A stretch of 64,000 nt of DNA, taken from NCBI RefSeq assembly GCF_036321535.1, contig NC_087436.1, positions 7,192,001 through 7,256,000 of the forward strand. The letters are read 5' to 3'. Both the position numbers and the translations under genes were made by a program. The notes below the pieces were generated by a model. The model was not told where the DNA came from. It saw only the letters and a list, made by a program, of their open reading frames with translations, and made no database searches. The DNA comes from Camelus dromedarius. Taxonomy: Eukaryota. Shown one piece after another: positions 1-12,799 of this stretch (position 1 is the first letter of the stretch; every line of letters starts with the position of its first letter).

Positions 1-80
1 GATTCCACATATACGTGATATCATATGGTACTTTTCCTTCTCTTTCTGGCTTGCTTCACCTAGAATGACGATCTCTAGGC
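1..80 (-). mobile_element. L1 3' fragment, continues off the window start
   Basis: gattccacat...gatatcatatggta...tagaatgacgatctctagg is the same antisense L1 ORF2-end/3'UTR sequence seen at ~7612, ~18870 and ~63850. Confidence 0.85.
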
Positions 81-99
81 CTAAATAAAAATTTAAAGC

Positions 100-1560
100 T
101 TTTCTTGTAGTGGAGTTCTACTGGCAATGAATTCTTCTAGTATTTTTTTTTTTAAATATGAAAACATCCTTATTTCCTCCTCGTATTTAACATAGATGTT
201 TTCATTAGATATAAAATTCTTAGTCGAGGGTGCTTTTCTTTCAGCAATTGAGACAACCTCTGTTTGCTGTAGTTCCTGATGATAAATTTTGAATCATTGC
301 TTTCCTGTAAGTCATACATCATTTTCCTGTGGCCGCTTTCAAGAGTCCCCGTGACGCCAGTATCAGCAGCTTGATTATGATTACCTGGGCAGGGTTTTCT
401 TTGTTTATCTCTTGCTTACGTTTACTGAGCTTTCTGAATATGAGTGTTTATGTCTTTCATCAAATTTGGGAAGTTTTGAGTCATTGTTTTTTCAAATGAG
501 CTGTATGTCTCACACTCTTACCTCTTCTTCTTGAATTTTATTCATGTCTGTTGGACATTGATTGTTGTCCTCAGGTCCTTGAAGGTCGGTTCTTTTCTTC
601 TAATGTTTTTTTTCCTCTGTGTTCTACATATGCATATTGATGTATCTTCAAGTTCCTGACTCCTTTGTCCATCATTTCCATTCTGTTGTTAAGCCAATAT
701 AGTAAATTTGTAATTTCAGGAATTGTATTTTTTTTTTAGTTTTAGAATATTCATTTGTGTTATTTTTTATTGCTTATATTTCTTTGTTCAGATTTCCTAT
801 CTTTTCATTCAGTGTAAGCATATTTTCCTTAACGTCCTTGAGCTTAGTTATAATAGCTATTTTAGAACTCTTGTCTGCTAATCACAATATCTAGGTTATC
901 TCACCAATGATCTTAGGAGCCTGTCTTTTCTCTTAAAAAATGAATTGATATTTGTTTGTCTATTGAGTAATTTTGCTTTTATCCTAGCCTTTGTAAAAAT
1001 TATTTTGTAGGAACTGTCAATTCTGCTATATTCCTGTTATAAGAGTTTTATCAGATAATTTACTTTCTTTGACTCAAAACCCTCTTGTAGGTGGCAGTTC
1101 AACTCATATTTCGATTCTTTTAACTTAGCTTCTCTGCTTTAATTCTGTTTCATGCCTGTATTCATGGGGCAACAAGAGACTGTGGCAGAATTTATGTACA
1201 TAACATGGTACTCACGCTCTCTCTTTCTCTTTCATGAAATCTACCCCCTTATTTTCTAGTACCTATGTTTGTTTGTCATGAACTCTGTCTATTTCTTCTG
1301 GCCAGAAACATGTGAGATTTTATGTCAAAGTTTTAGTCACTTTACCTGGTGGCATTTTCATCCTGCTTGGAAGTTAAGAATCATAAAAAAATGTAATTGT
1401 GACCAGTTCCTTTTCCAATTGTTGTCTTCCCTCCAAAATTTGCCTGCTTTTTTTTTTTTTTTCCTTTCCGGTGCCATCAGGCTATTTTATTTTGCCCACA
1501 TTTTATAACTGATATCTGCAGGGTATCTGCAGGAACTTACTTAGCTATATTGGACTTGGG
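100..1560 (-). mobile_element. Old L1M fragment (5'/ORF1 region), antisense
   Basis: T-rich sequence with typical antisense L1M motifs, e.g. agcagcttgattatgat, tgtctttcatcaaatttgggaagtttt, tattgatgtatcttcaagttc. Confidence 0.7.
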
Positions 1561-2553
1561 TACTAGTTTTATTTTTGAGAAAAGTATGATAACCATAATC
1601 TTTTCAGAGTTTAGGGCATTTAAAGTCTTAGTCCAGCTATAGGTACACTGCAGAAATGTAACAAATGTTTGTTAAATGAGTGAATTAAAAATCTGGTCTG
1701 ATTACTTTTCCACTGAAATAGAAGATTGTCTAATCTAATTCAATACACTGACTCTTTGACTTTTGCTATTATGTTAACCCAGTTGCAGACTTGGAGAGAG
1801 GGAAGCAGTGATTTCTGTTTATTTACACAATGTTTGTTTGGTGGATTCTTGGCTTTACTTAAATTAACATTTCTGAGGATACCGACCATTGTTTCTCAGC
1901 AGTGAAATTCAATCAACCAGAAGAGAAATATATCTTCAGTTCTGGAACAATAAGATAAACACTCTTTGTTTGTCATTATTTTTAAGAAACAGATTTTAAT
2001 CGAGAAGCAAGTCACTTGGGTAAGTAAGATTGCTTTAGCTTCTAGAAAAATAATGGAACGAGTGATTTGTAGGAAAAACAACCATGCTTACTTAAGTGTT
2101 GTAAAGGACATGAAATATGAACAAATCAACAGTTTATAATTACAAGAAACTAATTTGATTGCTTTTCTAAATATAATTCAATTACTAAAGTAGTAGTCCA
2201 AAGAAATAGAACAGATGTTTGATCCAGTACCTCATAAAATATTTTCTTAGCCATGTGTGAATGAATTAAAATTGATTTTGTAGATGTTAATTCAGGAGCT
2301 GCTATGCTGTATAATTGAACCCCAAATTACTCAGAAGATTTATTTTTCAACAACACTATGTAACTTGGAATGGAGAAGGCTTACGGAAAATTGGAAGAAG
2401 GAATTAGCAGCCAAGATCTGAAAACCATATATTGCTTATGGGAATACTTAAGATCTAGGAACTTAGTGTTTTAAAAATATGTGCTTAACATTTACTCAAA
2501 AGAGCATATTACTAAATAGGTTTAGGGAGAGACTTTGAAAGTGGGTGTGGGAG

Positions 2554-3108
2554 ATGTGGTGGCTTTGAAATAAGCCTGCAAGTTCTCTGATAGGCCTCCT
2601 TATTCAAGGTAAAGTGCAACCCCTCCAACCTCCAAATCTGAATATGAATGGACTTAGTGACTTACTCTTCAACAAGAAAATGTGACAGGAATTATGGTGA
2701 ATGACTTCCAAGGCCAAGTCATAAGATACTTTATTGCCTCTGCTTTGCTTCTGTTTGGGTTACTCATCCAAGGGGAAGCCAGCCACAGTGGTATCAGGAC
2801 ACCTGAGAGACCCTACTGTGAAGTCCTTGTGTGAGGAGCTGAAGCCTCCTGCCAACAGCTAGCACTGGTCTACTAGCCATGGAAGTGAGCATCAGCCTCT
2901 AGCAAACCTATTTTTGGTCAAGCTTTCTGATAATTCCAGATGACTGTAGCACCAGGTGACAACTTGAATGAAACCATAGGAGAAGCTCTAAGTCAGAACA
3001 ACCTAGCTAAGTTACTCTTGAATTTCTGGCCCACAGAGACTGCGAGATAATACATGTTTATTGTTTTAAACAACTGAATTTTGAGGTAATCAGTTATGTA
3101 GCAAATAG
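2554..3108 (+). mobile_element. MaLR LTR (MLT1F/G-like)
   Basis: Starts tgtggtggc. Contains ggggaagccagcc, gaagcctcctgccaacagc and ccagatgactgtagc, and ends tgttttaaac...ttttgaggtaatcagttatgtagcaa. Confidence 0.8.
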
Positions 3109-3311
3109 GAGATCACAAAAGTCTAGTTATGTTTAATTTCCAATTATACTTAGAAATGGCGTGCAAGCTTACCTTACATTAGTTACATTTAATTCTATTT
3201 TTTCCTGCCTCTTTTTAGGGCTGGAGGCCAGTTTCTTCAAATGAGGGTGGAGATTCTCCTTGTATCTTTATCACAGAGATTGTGTGTGTGGGATGGGATG
3301 GAGTGACAGAG

Positions 3312-3655
3312 GGCTGATGGTGTGGGTGATGGTGGAGGGATGGTGGTGATGGAAGTGGTGGGGTGATGGTGGTGGTGATGGTGGTGATGATGGTGATGGT
3401 GATGGAGGTAATGGAGGTAGTGGGGTGATGGTAGTGTTGGTGGTGGTGATGGTGGTGAGGATGGAGGTGATGGAGGTGGTGGAGGTGGTGGTGATGGTGA
3501 TGGAGGTGGTGGTGATGCTGGAGGAGGTGGTGGTGGAGGTGGTGATGGTTATGGTAATGGTGGTGGTATTGATAGTGGTGGTGATGGAGGTATTGATAGT
3601 GGTGGTGACAGAGGTGGTGGGTTGATGGTGATGATGGTGGTGTTGATGATGGTGA
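3312..3655. repeat. Degenerate (GGT/GAT/GGA)n trinucleotide repeat, ~340 bp
   Basis: Directly visible; it produces the poly-His and poly-Val ORFs in the track. Confidence 0.95.
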
Positions 3656-3771
3656 ACAGGGAGAAATGAAATAAGACAAATAAGGAATAACTGAAGGTCT
3701 ACGTTTTAAAAATCCATTCTATCAATTTGAAATTTTTGATTTAATTGAGTTGCCCTTAAAAAAACCAAATA

Positions 3772-3885
3772 CCCTTGGTAATCATTCCATAATATCTATG
3801 AACATCAAATCAACACATCGTACACTTTAAATATGTACAATTCTATTGGTCAATTATTCCTGAATAAAGTTAGAAAAAATAAAAT
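3772..3885 (+). mobile_element. L1 3' end fragment (L1MA-like)
   Basis: ccttggtaatcattcc...gtacactttaaat...gtcaattattcctgaataaag plus an A-rich tail; homologous to ~42460-42565. Confidence 0.75.
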
Positions 3886-5168
3886 GCCCTTGGGAGGGTG
3901 AAGCTGTTATTTGTCATTCGTACTTCCCTGTAGACTATTTGAGTAGATAATTACACCGCCCAACACATGGTTAAAAGATGGCGGAACAAGACACTTGGGG
4001 AAGGTGGACTTGGAATACAGGCAAGGTAGGATGGCAGGCTGAGAAGGGTCCTGCAGTGGATTCGGGAAGCCAGTTATCAAGTTGAAAGTCAAGGGAACTG
4101 AGAACTAAGGCACTTTTATTTCAAAAGATGAAAGAAGAGCATGGAACAGACAGAAAAATGGTTGAGGCCAAAGATTGTAATTTCTGGTTCTGAAACTTGC
4201 CCTTGGCTCAGTCATGGGTATTTTAGAAGCGCTACTGAAACTCTCATTTGTGCCCTCTCTGGTGTCTCCTCAAGGGTCAAGTCCAATGCCTGCCTTACTA
4301 CATGCTATGACGAAGGGGTCACTGCAGCTGTGACTCATGAAGTCTGTGCACATGCCTTGGGGGGTTGTTCCTCACGGATGCAGCTGAAGTTCCCGCCGAA
4401 CCTCATTCCTTCCCGCACCTACCTCATCATAGCCCTGCGGTCACATGCCACCCGCTGTGGTAATTGTACCCTCACATGTGCTTTCCTTCTCCCAGACTGT
4501 AAGCCAACTAGAGGTTGGGGTCTTGCCTCACCCATTTTGATGCTCCCTGTTGAACGTATTGGTAGACTATGGGTATAAATATTTGTGAAATTGTGTTGAA
4601 TGTGCAAAACCAAATCTAGCACTTTTTAAAATAGCATTGAGCCAACATGACTTTATTGAAAGAAGCAACTTTCAGAAATACCCAGTACTTGCCTCAGTAA
4701 ACATTTATTGAGTCTTAAGGTCTAATGGGAGTGCGCCCCACAATTGTGCGTGAGTGAGGGTGGAGTGCTGAGTATGGGAGACCTAGTTAGGAAAATTGGA
4801 TGGAACTGGAAGAAGAAGGAGAAATAGAAGGGGAGGAATGGATCTGTCCATGAGGTTGTCCTTGAAAGTGGAATTGTAAGAGGTATAGAAGAGGAGAGAT
4901 GACAGAGAGAGAGAGGATGAGAGAGAGAGAAAAGAAACAATATGTTAGAGATACAGAGGGATAAATGGGGGAAAAAATAATGACCTTGAGTGGAATTGTG
5001 AATAAGTAGAGATGTTATCAGAACAGTCAGGACGTAACATCCAGAACTGTTCCATCTAAGGGCTACATCACCTACGTCACTGATCTATTTCATATTGTGC
5101 TCAGTTGGGTGCTTGGGTTGCAGGGAGCTGAGATGTGGGCTAGATTTAAGAAAATAAAGCTCACTTTA

Positions 5169-5521
5169 TATGTGGAATCTAAAAAAGAAAGAAAGAAGGA
5201 AAGAAAAAGACAAATGAACGTAAATTCAAAACAGAAACAGACTCATAGACATAGAATACAAACTTGTGGTTGCCGAGGGGAGCGGAGGTGGAAGGGACAG
5301 ACTGAGAGTTCAATATTTGTAGATACAGACAGGCCTATGTAGAACAGATAAACAAGACTATACTGTATAGCACAGGGAAATGTATACAAGATCTTGTGGT
5401 AGCTCACAGAGAAAAAGAATGCGACAATGAATATATGTATGTTCATGTATGACTGAAAAATTGTGCTCTACACTGGAATTTGGCACAACATTGTAAAATG
5501 ACTGTAACTCAATAAAAAAAT
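5169..5521 (+). mobile_element. Young 5'-truncated L1 with 17-bp TSD
   Basis: L1 3'UTR (atgtggaatcta...acagaaacagactcatagac) ending aataaaaaaa. TSD aaataaagctcacttta at 5152-5168 and 5522-5538. Confidence 0.92.
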
Positions 5522-7279
5522 AAATAAAGCTCACTTTAAGGATCTGCATGTATTGCAATGAAGATCAGGAAAGCCAAAGGACCAAGGCCATTCTCATTGT
5601 CCTGACCCTGCTGCCCCTTCCCTGACTAGCAAGATCTCTCTTGGCCTCTCTCTGACCTCCAGGTCATACATCAGGCTGTCCATTTCTCAACCTGAAGGGA
5701 GTTAGTCCAACAGGCTTTGCTAATCAGCATCCTCTGGTAGACAGAGGGCTTGTGGGCTGGGCCCCAAGGTCATCCACTCCATGTCTGTCCTGGTGCAATG
5801 AGCCTGGGCAGCTTCCTTGAGTGAGCGTGGTTTCCGCTCTGCAGATGACACCTTGGTGAAAATGTCCAGTTAAATATAAATGACACTCTGCAAAGAAAAG
5901 AAAAGCCTGAATCGTATTTACAGACGACCCAGACATTTAACACAAAGATCCAAACATGTAATGGGATGACAGCAAGGAAGGCATTTGCTATACATGCCTG
6001 AAAAAGGCAGCTTACTCCTGCCACTTCTCTCTGACACCCCTACATGACTGAATAAATCCATTTTAACTGGTTTCAGATTTTCCCCAGTACTCTAAACCCT
6101 CCATCTTATGTGCAAGGTGATTTTTCAACTTAAAAGTTTAGAAACGTGCCCTCTTCTCTTGAAGGCACCGAGGTATCTGCAGCTTTGTGGAGATAAAACA
6201 CCTGCAGACTTTTCTGACTCTATGGGTGGGCGAGCAGAGACAGATTCCACACCTGACATCTGCTTCCTTTAATACCCTTCAGGGTCTTTGCCCCATATTT
6301 CCCACAACCCCTTCAAAATCACTTCCAACCGCTTCCGATTTTTCAGTGCCAGTAAATGCTCCCACAACGTAAATCGTTGTTCTTGTCAGATGGTTGGGCT
6401 GTCTCTTCGGGGAAGACAAAACTAATGTCTTTCTTCTCATCCCTTACAAGCAAACATTCGTTAAGGCAACAGGTAAGTCATAGGAACATATTTCCCTGGT
6501 GTGCTTTTCTTGTTATGTTGCTGGAAGTAAATGTCTCAGAGATGCTGTACTTGCTGGTACAATGAAAACCTGAGTGGATGACGGTCTTTGAATCCCAGGT
6601 GCTAAGGGCTTTTTAGCAGCCCCCTCTCCTGGCGCATGAACTCTTTGAGTTTTCGAGTTTTCTTGCGTTCTCACCTGCTGATAATAAGGTCGTTCGTCTC
6701 GGGGTCCCAGTGGCCACGGGGCGCGGTTTGTGTGAAGCCCCTGTGTGACAGTTTCCAGGAGAGCTGGACAAGGGCAGACCCTGGAGGACACAGGACCACA
6801 ATTTACATCTCTTGTGTGCCTTGCCTCAGGGACCTGGCGTGATGTCTCAATCCCAAAGCTTCTTATTAAAAAAAAGGCAGTCACGGGCAAACAGGGGAAA
6901 CAGAACAAATCTGTCCAAGGTAAAGGTGTTTACTCTGCATCTCAGCCTTAGAAACGCTCAAATCCCACTAGGGGGACAGAAGGGAACTTACAGAAACATA
7001 CTGTGAGCGGAGCAGGCAGACTGCAGTGATTTTCAAAAGTCTGCCATAACCTTCTGGTTCAATTTTTGTTCCCTTGAGGGTAAGGAAGTGAGATTTTATA
7101 TTTTTCCCTCTGTAGGAGTTCACATCAGGATAAAGCATACCTTGGCTTGATGGGTGAATAATGAAAGAGATTGTTTATGTTTCCAGGATGAGGATCATTT
7201 TGGAAACCAAGATGTGTTCATTGATGGTGGAGGGCATAGCCAGTATTGAGGTAATTTATGTGTCAGTTGGAACAGGTAC

Positions 7280-8280
7280 TTTTTTTTTTCATTGAAGTAT
7301 AGTCCATTTACAATGCCATGTTAAATTCTGCTGTACCTCATAGTGGTTCATTTATGTATATACATATACATTCCTTTTCATATTCTTTTTAGGCTATTGT
7401 AAGGTGTTGAATATAGTTCCTTGTGCCATACAATGGGACCTTCTTGTTTATCTATTTTATATATAGTAGTGTGTATCTGCAAATCCCAGCCTGCCAATTT
7501 ATCCCTTCCCACCTCCTTTCCCCCCCAGTAACCATAAGTTTGTTTTCTATGTCTGTGAGTCTGTTTCTGTTTTGTAAATAAGTTCATTTCTGTCCTTTTT
7601 TTTTTTTTAAAGATTCCACATATAAGTGATATCATATGGTATTTTTCTTTCTCTTTCTGGCTTGCTTCACTTGGTATGATAATCTCCAGCTCCATCCATG
7701 TCGCTGCAAATGGCATTATTTTATTCTTTTATATGGCTGAGTAGTATTCCATTGTATAAATATACCACAGCTTCTTAATCCAGTCATCTGTCGATGGACA
7801 TTTATATTGTTCCCATGTCCTGGCTATCGTAAATAATGCTGTGAATGTTGGGGTGCATGTATCTTTTCGAATCAGGTTTCCTCTGGATATATGCCCAGGA
7901 GTGGGATTGCTGGATCACAGGGTAAGTCTATTTTCAGTTTTTTTGAGGAATCTCCATACTGTTTTCCAATAATGGCTGCACCAAATACATTCCCACCAGC
8001 AGTGTAGGAGGGTTCCCTTTTCTCCACACCCTCTTCAGCATTTATCATTTGTGGACTTTTTAATGATGGCCATTCTGACTGGTGTGAGGTGATATGTCAT
8101 TCTAGTTTTGATTTACATTTCTCTAACAATTAGTGATATTGAGCATTTTTTTCATGTGCCTGTTGACCATTTGTATGTCTTCACTGGAACTACAAAAGAC
8201 CCAGAATCACCAAAGCAACACTGAAGACAAAGAACACAGTTGAAGGAATAAGCCTCCCAGATTTCGGACGGGACTGCAGA
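7280..8280 (-). mobile_element. L1 with 5' inversion (antisense 7280-8184, sense ORF2 piece ~8185-8280)
   Basis: Poly-T, then antisense 3'UTR/ORF2 end (ORF 7378..7716 MPFAATWMELEIII...). It then switches to sense ORF2 ggaactacaaaagacccagaatcaccaaagc. Imperfect TSD ggaacaggtactt/ggaacaggctctt. Confidence 0.88.
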
Positions 8281-8349
8281 GGAACAGGCTCTTCCTGATG
8301 ACATGAAACTGACTTTGACAGTCGTGAAAGAGAACAAATAGTGACAAGA

Positions 8350-8540
8350 TATCAGGTTTGGGAGCCAGACTGCCTGAGTTTCAATCCCTGCTCTGCCACC
8401 TAACAGGTACGTAATGCTGAAAAAAAATTTAATCCCTTGAACCTCAGTTTCCTCATCTTTGAAATGGGATAATCAGAGTATCTACTCCAGAAAGCTGCTC
8501 TAAGAATGAAAAGAGTCGAGATTTGTGAAGGGCTCAGACT
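8350..8540 (+). mobile_element. MIR SINE
   Basis: ggagccagactgcctgagtttcaatccctgctctgccac and the core cctcagtttcctcatctttgaaatggg. Confidence 0.85.
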
Positions 8541-9914
8541 GTCTGTGGTCTGCAGTCAGCTTCCTGAGCACTGGCTGCACATGTATGTGTAAGTTCACAA
8601 AGACTGCTACTTCTCTAGCTATGTCATTGGCCAACTTATGTGACCATGGACAAGTCCTGTAACCTCGTTAGCTACCCTTCAGTCCTTTATTTATACAGTC
8701 AGGAGGGTGGACTGAACTCCACCCTACCTGTGCACATCTGTGACTCTGTCTCGATGTTTGGAACTGGCAGTAAAGACATGAAGATTGCAATGGAAATAAT
8801 CACTGGAGTCCATGCTGAGTCATCTGCAGAACTGGGTGGGTATGAGTCAGATGCCTTTCCATTGGCCTAATATTTGAAGCATGGGATGGTCTGTGGGTGA
8901 TCTCAGATTCAGAGTCTTATCTACACAGACATCTGCCAGATAAAAGGACAGTCCAGCTGGCAACAACCATGAGATACTTTTCCATTAAAAATGAATCCAG
9001 ATTTGTGATCCAGACTGTGTAAAGGCTGGCTACAGCTAAGATTAGAAAATATTTATACCTTAGTCAGAAGGGGAAAAAAAAGCCAAAGATTTAAAACAGC
9101 AGGGAAGCTTGGCCACTGTCCAGGCTGAGTTGAGTGCGTAGGTGAGATTCAGGTGATGCTCTCAAGAAAGAAACTATAACATTGTAACATGAAGCAACTG
9201 AACAGGTTTTTTTTAATTAAGATAAATTCTGCAATATTTGGAGAATTCACTTCTTGTGAAACTGAACAAATCTCAAGTTGGGTGGAAAAAGAGATACATC
9301 CAGAGACCACACCAGTTCCCTGAAATGCAGAATGACCTACCATGTCATGTACAACTTAAATCAAGTCTGCGTATCTTTAACATTCTTAAAACAGTGCTCC
9401 ATTTTTATTCTCTTGTTATTCTTTTGTAGAACTCAGAAGTGTGTTTTGAGTATGACCTTAGCTGTTGCTTGTGCATTTGAGCTCCTTGGAAAAAAGAAAA
9501 AAAAAAAAAAAGAATGTTGCTGAAAGGGGCCATAAATAAACAAGGAGTCAGTGTAGATTTGCAGATCTTTCCTCAGAGGTCTAAAGGTCACTGAAGTATT
9601 GGAAAATGGAACAAAGGAATAGTTAAAGGAAAGAATAGCAACAAAAAATGAAAACTTCAAGAGAAAATACACAGAGAAGCAGAAATATTTAACTAAATTA
9701 ATATCTACTTGCAAGGGTCAAGATGGTCTAAGAACCACATAAAGCAGAAAGACCCCCAAGAGAGAAAAAAGGCATCCCAATAAATAAAAATAAAAGGAGA
9801 GTTGTGACAAGACTTCAAATGGGTAAGGCTGTGAATTTGCTGTTTTCTAAACAGGCTGATTTTCAAAACCTAGGCAAGGTCTTTACTATTAGAAAGTCAT
9901 GAAGACCTTTGAAA

Positions 9915-10140
9915 AAGCCTGGGTTGTTGTATTCAGTTTGAGGTATTTCACTGCCAGGAAGATGAAAGCAAACAGAGATGAGAATTCAGAGGGAAAAAAA
10001 CCCCACACATAACAAAAGTATTTCAGGGTCTACGGAGGATTGACTTTTCGAGAGAAAGTATGAATTAAATAGAATAAATAATAGCTTGGTTTGCAAAGTC
10101 TAAAGAAAGGAAGGTGATACGTTATATGTGCCTAAAATGT
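9915..10140 (+). mobile_element. CR1/L3 LINE fragment
   Basis: tattcagtttgagg...gagaattcagagg...aacaaaagtatttcagggtct...tagcttgg resembles the CR1/L3 3' ORF2 consensus. Confidence 0.55.
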
Positions 10141-10351
10141 AACAGAGCAAAATCACAAGAGAAGGCGCATTCAGATTCCATAAACTTAGTTAGCAGTGTG
10201 ATTCTCCCATTCACGTTAGGGTTTGGAATTTTATTTATCAGTATTTGTTGAGTGTATGGAACATTTGTACACACACACTTGCATACACATTCATATTGCC
10301 AATAAGTACCCAATTCTTCGTTTCTTCAAGAAGAAACCCTGAATTTTCTTC

Positions 10352-10826
10352 TTGAGTTTAAGACAGGCTGGGACCTGGGACCTGGGACCCTTTGCTACAG
10401 TGCTTGCACCTGGACAAATGTTTCTCAAGCAACAGGATACAAAGAATCTATAAAGGACTAAAAATAATTGCACCCACTCGCAGCTGGGGCAAAATATGAA
10501 CTACAAGATACAAAAAGATCACATACCCAGCTGCCATCTGTGACGTGCTAGGAACGAGAGCAGGAAACTGCGTGTGACCCCTGCACACAGCACCACCAAG
10601 GGGGTGGGCAGAACCCCCAAGCCACTCCTCCAGCTCCAAACCTGGACCTGCCCCTTCCTCTCCCCATTTAAGGGACCAGCTCACCCTCCACCTGGGGAGT
10701 GAGCGAGAGCACCAGTTACTTGTTTTCATTCCCTCGTGCTGCAGTCCTAGTAACGCCTTGCCTCAATTTCTCCTCTGGGCTTTTATCAATTTCCACTGAT
10801 AGAGTGCAAGGACCTGGGTTCCGTCA
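10352..10826 (+). mobile_element. Solo LTR, probably ERV1 class
   Basis: ~475 bp ending ...ggttccgtca, with (ctgggac)x3 near the start and an LTR-like U3/R/U5 layout. TSD unclear. Confidence 0.6.
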
Positions 10827-11319
10827 AGTTGATCTCTGAGACCACTGAAAATGACCCTTCATTTCTTCTCTCTGAAGAGACTGAAGGAACCACATCATTG
10901 GCTGAGCTGAAGTTTGCCCATCTCAGCACTGGCTAACGTGAGCCTTGATTATTTTCCATAAGTGAATACAATACAGTCTTTTGAAAGGTATAGCTTTGTT
11001 TACTGGGAATTATTGGCGGGTGGGGGTTGCCAGTCATTATAACACTAAGAGAATTAAGTGTATGTTACTATTTTACTCTGACTGTATGACAGATGAGAAC
11101 CTCCACGGAAGACACAGAGGTCCACTGAAATAAATCATTTAACACATATGAACAGGGAAGAGGCTCAAAATATATAGATTTAATATTGCTGCAGTGGAGC
11201 TATGACTGTATTCTGTTTCCTATTTATTACCTAGTCATTCTCTTTCCTACCCTGTATCCAGCCTTATACATAGTAGGTGCACTAAACGTAAAATTATTCA
11301 ATAGACAAACGCCTATAGC

Positions 11320-11322
<3 letters not shown>

Positions 11323-11381
<59 letters not shown>
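11323..11381. repeat. (CA)n microsatellite, ~29 units
   Basis: Directly visible perfect repeat. Confidence 0.98.
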
Positions 11382-11384
<3 letters not shown>

Positions 11385-11859
11385 CCAGGGAGGCTAGGCT
11401 GTTGATTTCTAAAACGCTGGGGTGTTTTTCTCCTTACTTACCATCTTTCTGGCTGTGTGAGCCATAGATTACCTTGTGCTATGGCTGTTTAGGTATGGAT
11501 GTTCAATCAATGGAGGCACTGGGCTGAGGAGTTAAGCAAATGTTGTTTCGTGCTGCCAGCTGGGCTTCAAAACGTGGCCATCCCCGTGTTAATTGCCGAC
11601 TAGTTATTTTTCAAGGAAACAGAAAAATTGTCATCTCCTCTGTCAGCGTGAGATCACTGAATCATTAAGACTCACCAGCCCAGACTGTAGCATAAAGATG
11701 TTTTCCTTTGCTGTGGATTTTCTGGGGAGAGGTTTCCAAAACTCCGAGTTTAATGCAATGAAAATGACATTTAATGCACAACAGGTATTAATAGAAGCGA
11801 TCACGACTAAGCAAAGGTGAATTGAATCGTGGAGACTGGCCATCCCAGTCTGATGACTG

Positions 11860-12275
11860 GAATTAAACGCGGACGCAATGAGCGGAGGCGGCAATGTCTC
11901 CTAGTGACCAGCAGAGGTCACCCGACAACCAGATAACGAGTAGGAGGCGGGCGCGTTCTCCGGCCGGATTCAGGATGCGCTCCAGAGACATGCCGCGCTC
12001 ACTTGGGATCAATCATTAACCCCAAACTGGGAAACAGAAAAGGCGCTTCTCAGAAACGACGTTTTTCGCTGGGTAAAAGGGGAAAACCTCGGGGCCAACT
12101 CTGGGGTTCTGCATGTGGTCGGTGGGGCTCGGGGAGAAGAGAATGGAAGAGACCCGAGGGGAGATACTGTCTGCCGGGTTAAGACGCTATTGACCCAACT
12201 TCAGAGACCAGGACAGACAGCCCAGCCTCCAGGCAGGCTGCCTTTGCCGTGTTCAAGGGCCGAAAATTAAACGCT
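11860..12275. promoter_or_regulatory. CpG-enriched element with CTCF-like site
   Basis: Local cluster of CpGs. CCAGCAGAGGTCAC at 11908-11921 is a 13/14 match to CCASYAGRKGGCRS, with an upstream GCAAT module at 11891. Confidence 0.6.
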
Positions 12276-12799
12276 CTTCCCCCTTGTGTTTCAAAGGTGT
12301 TTGTAAAATGCATTTTTACACCATGAAAAAGATTTCTGATCGCCGGGGTTTTAATAATGATTCTTCTGTTCTTTTTTTAAGTCAGATTTTTTTACTTTTT
12401 TCTTTTCCTCTTTTTTTTTTTTTTAAATTGAAGTATAATCTTCTATTCTTGCAACTACTCTCTTTCTCTTCAGTGTCTGCCATAAAAAAGGTGTGTCCTC
12501 CTTAATTCCTTGTCTTTGGATTCCTGAATCATCCTCTGAAAGGGTCTCCGAGAGACTGGATTAGTCATAAAGTGACCGAGGAAGTGCTGGGTTAAGCTCC
12601 GCCCTGGGTGCTCACAGAACACGTGTGTGTCTGAGACCCTCAAAGGGGCCCCATTTTAAAGATGGCAAAACGGAGCTTCCCAGAGAGCCGCGGTGCAGAC
12701 CAGGTCTACCAGATGTGTTTGACAGTAAATCTCAGGTTTGACTATACATCTGTTTGTACGTATAAGGCTGGAGGAGACAAAGGAAATTAAAATTCAACT

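Noticed and set aside
3215..3679. 154-aa His-rich ORF and opposite-strand Val-rich ORF
   Set aside because: Artefact of the trinucleotide repeat; there is no gene context.
4141..4578. 145-aa ATG-initiated ORF
   Set aside because: It has no recognisable domain and its 3' part overlaps an L2-like fragment.
7378..7716. L1-derived ORFs as host genes (also 17161, 18867, 63628)
   Set aside because: These are ORF2 C-terminal or 3'UTR fragments of truncated L1s.
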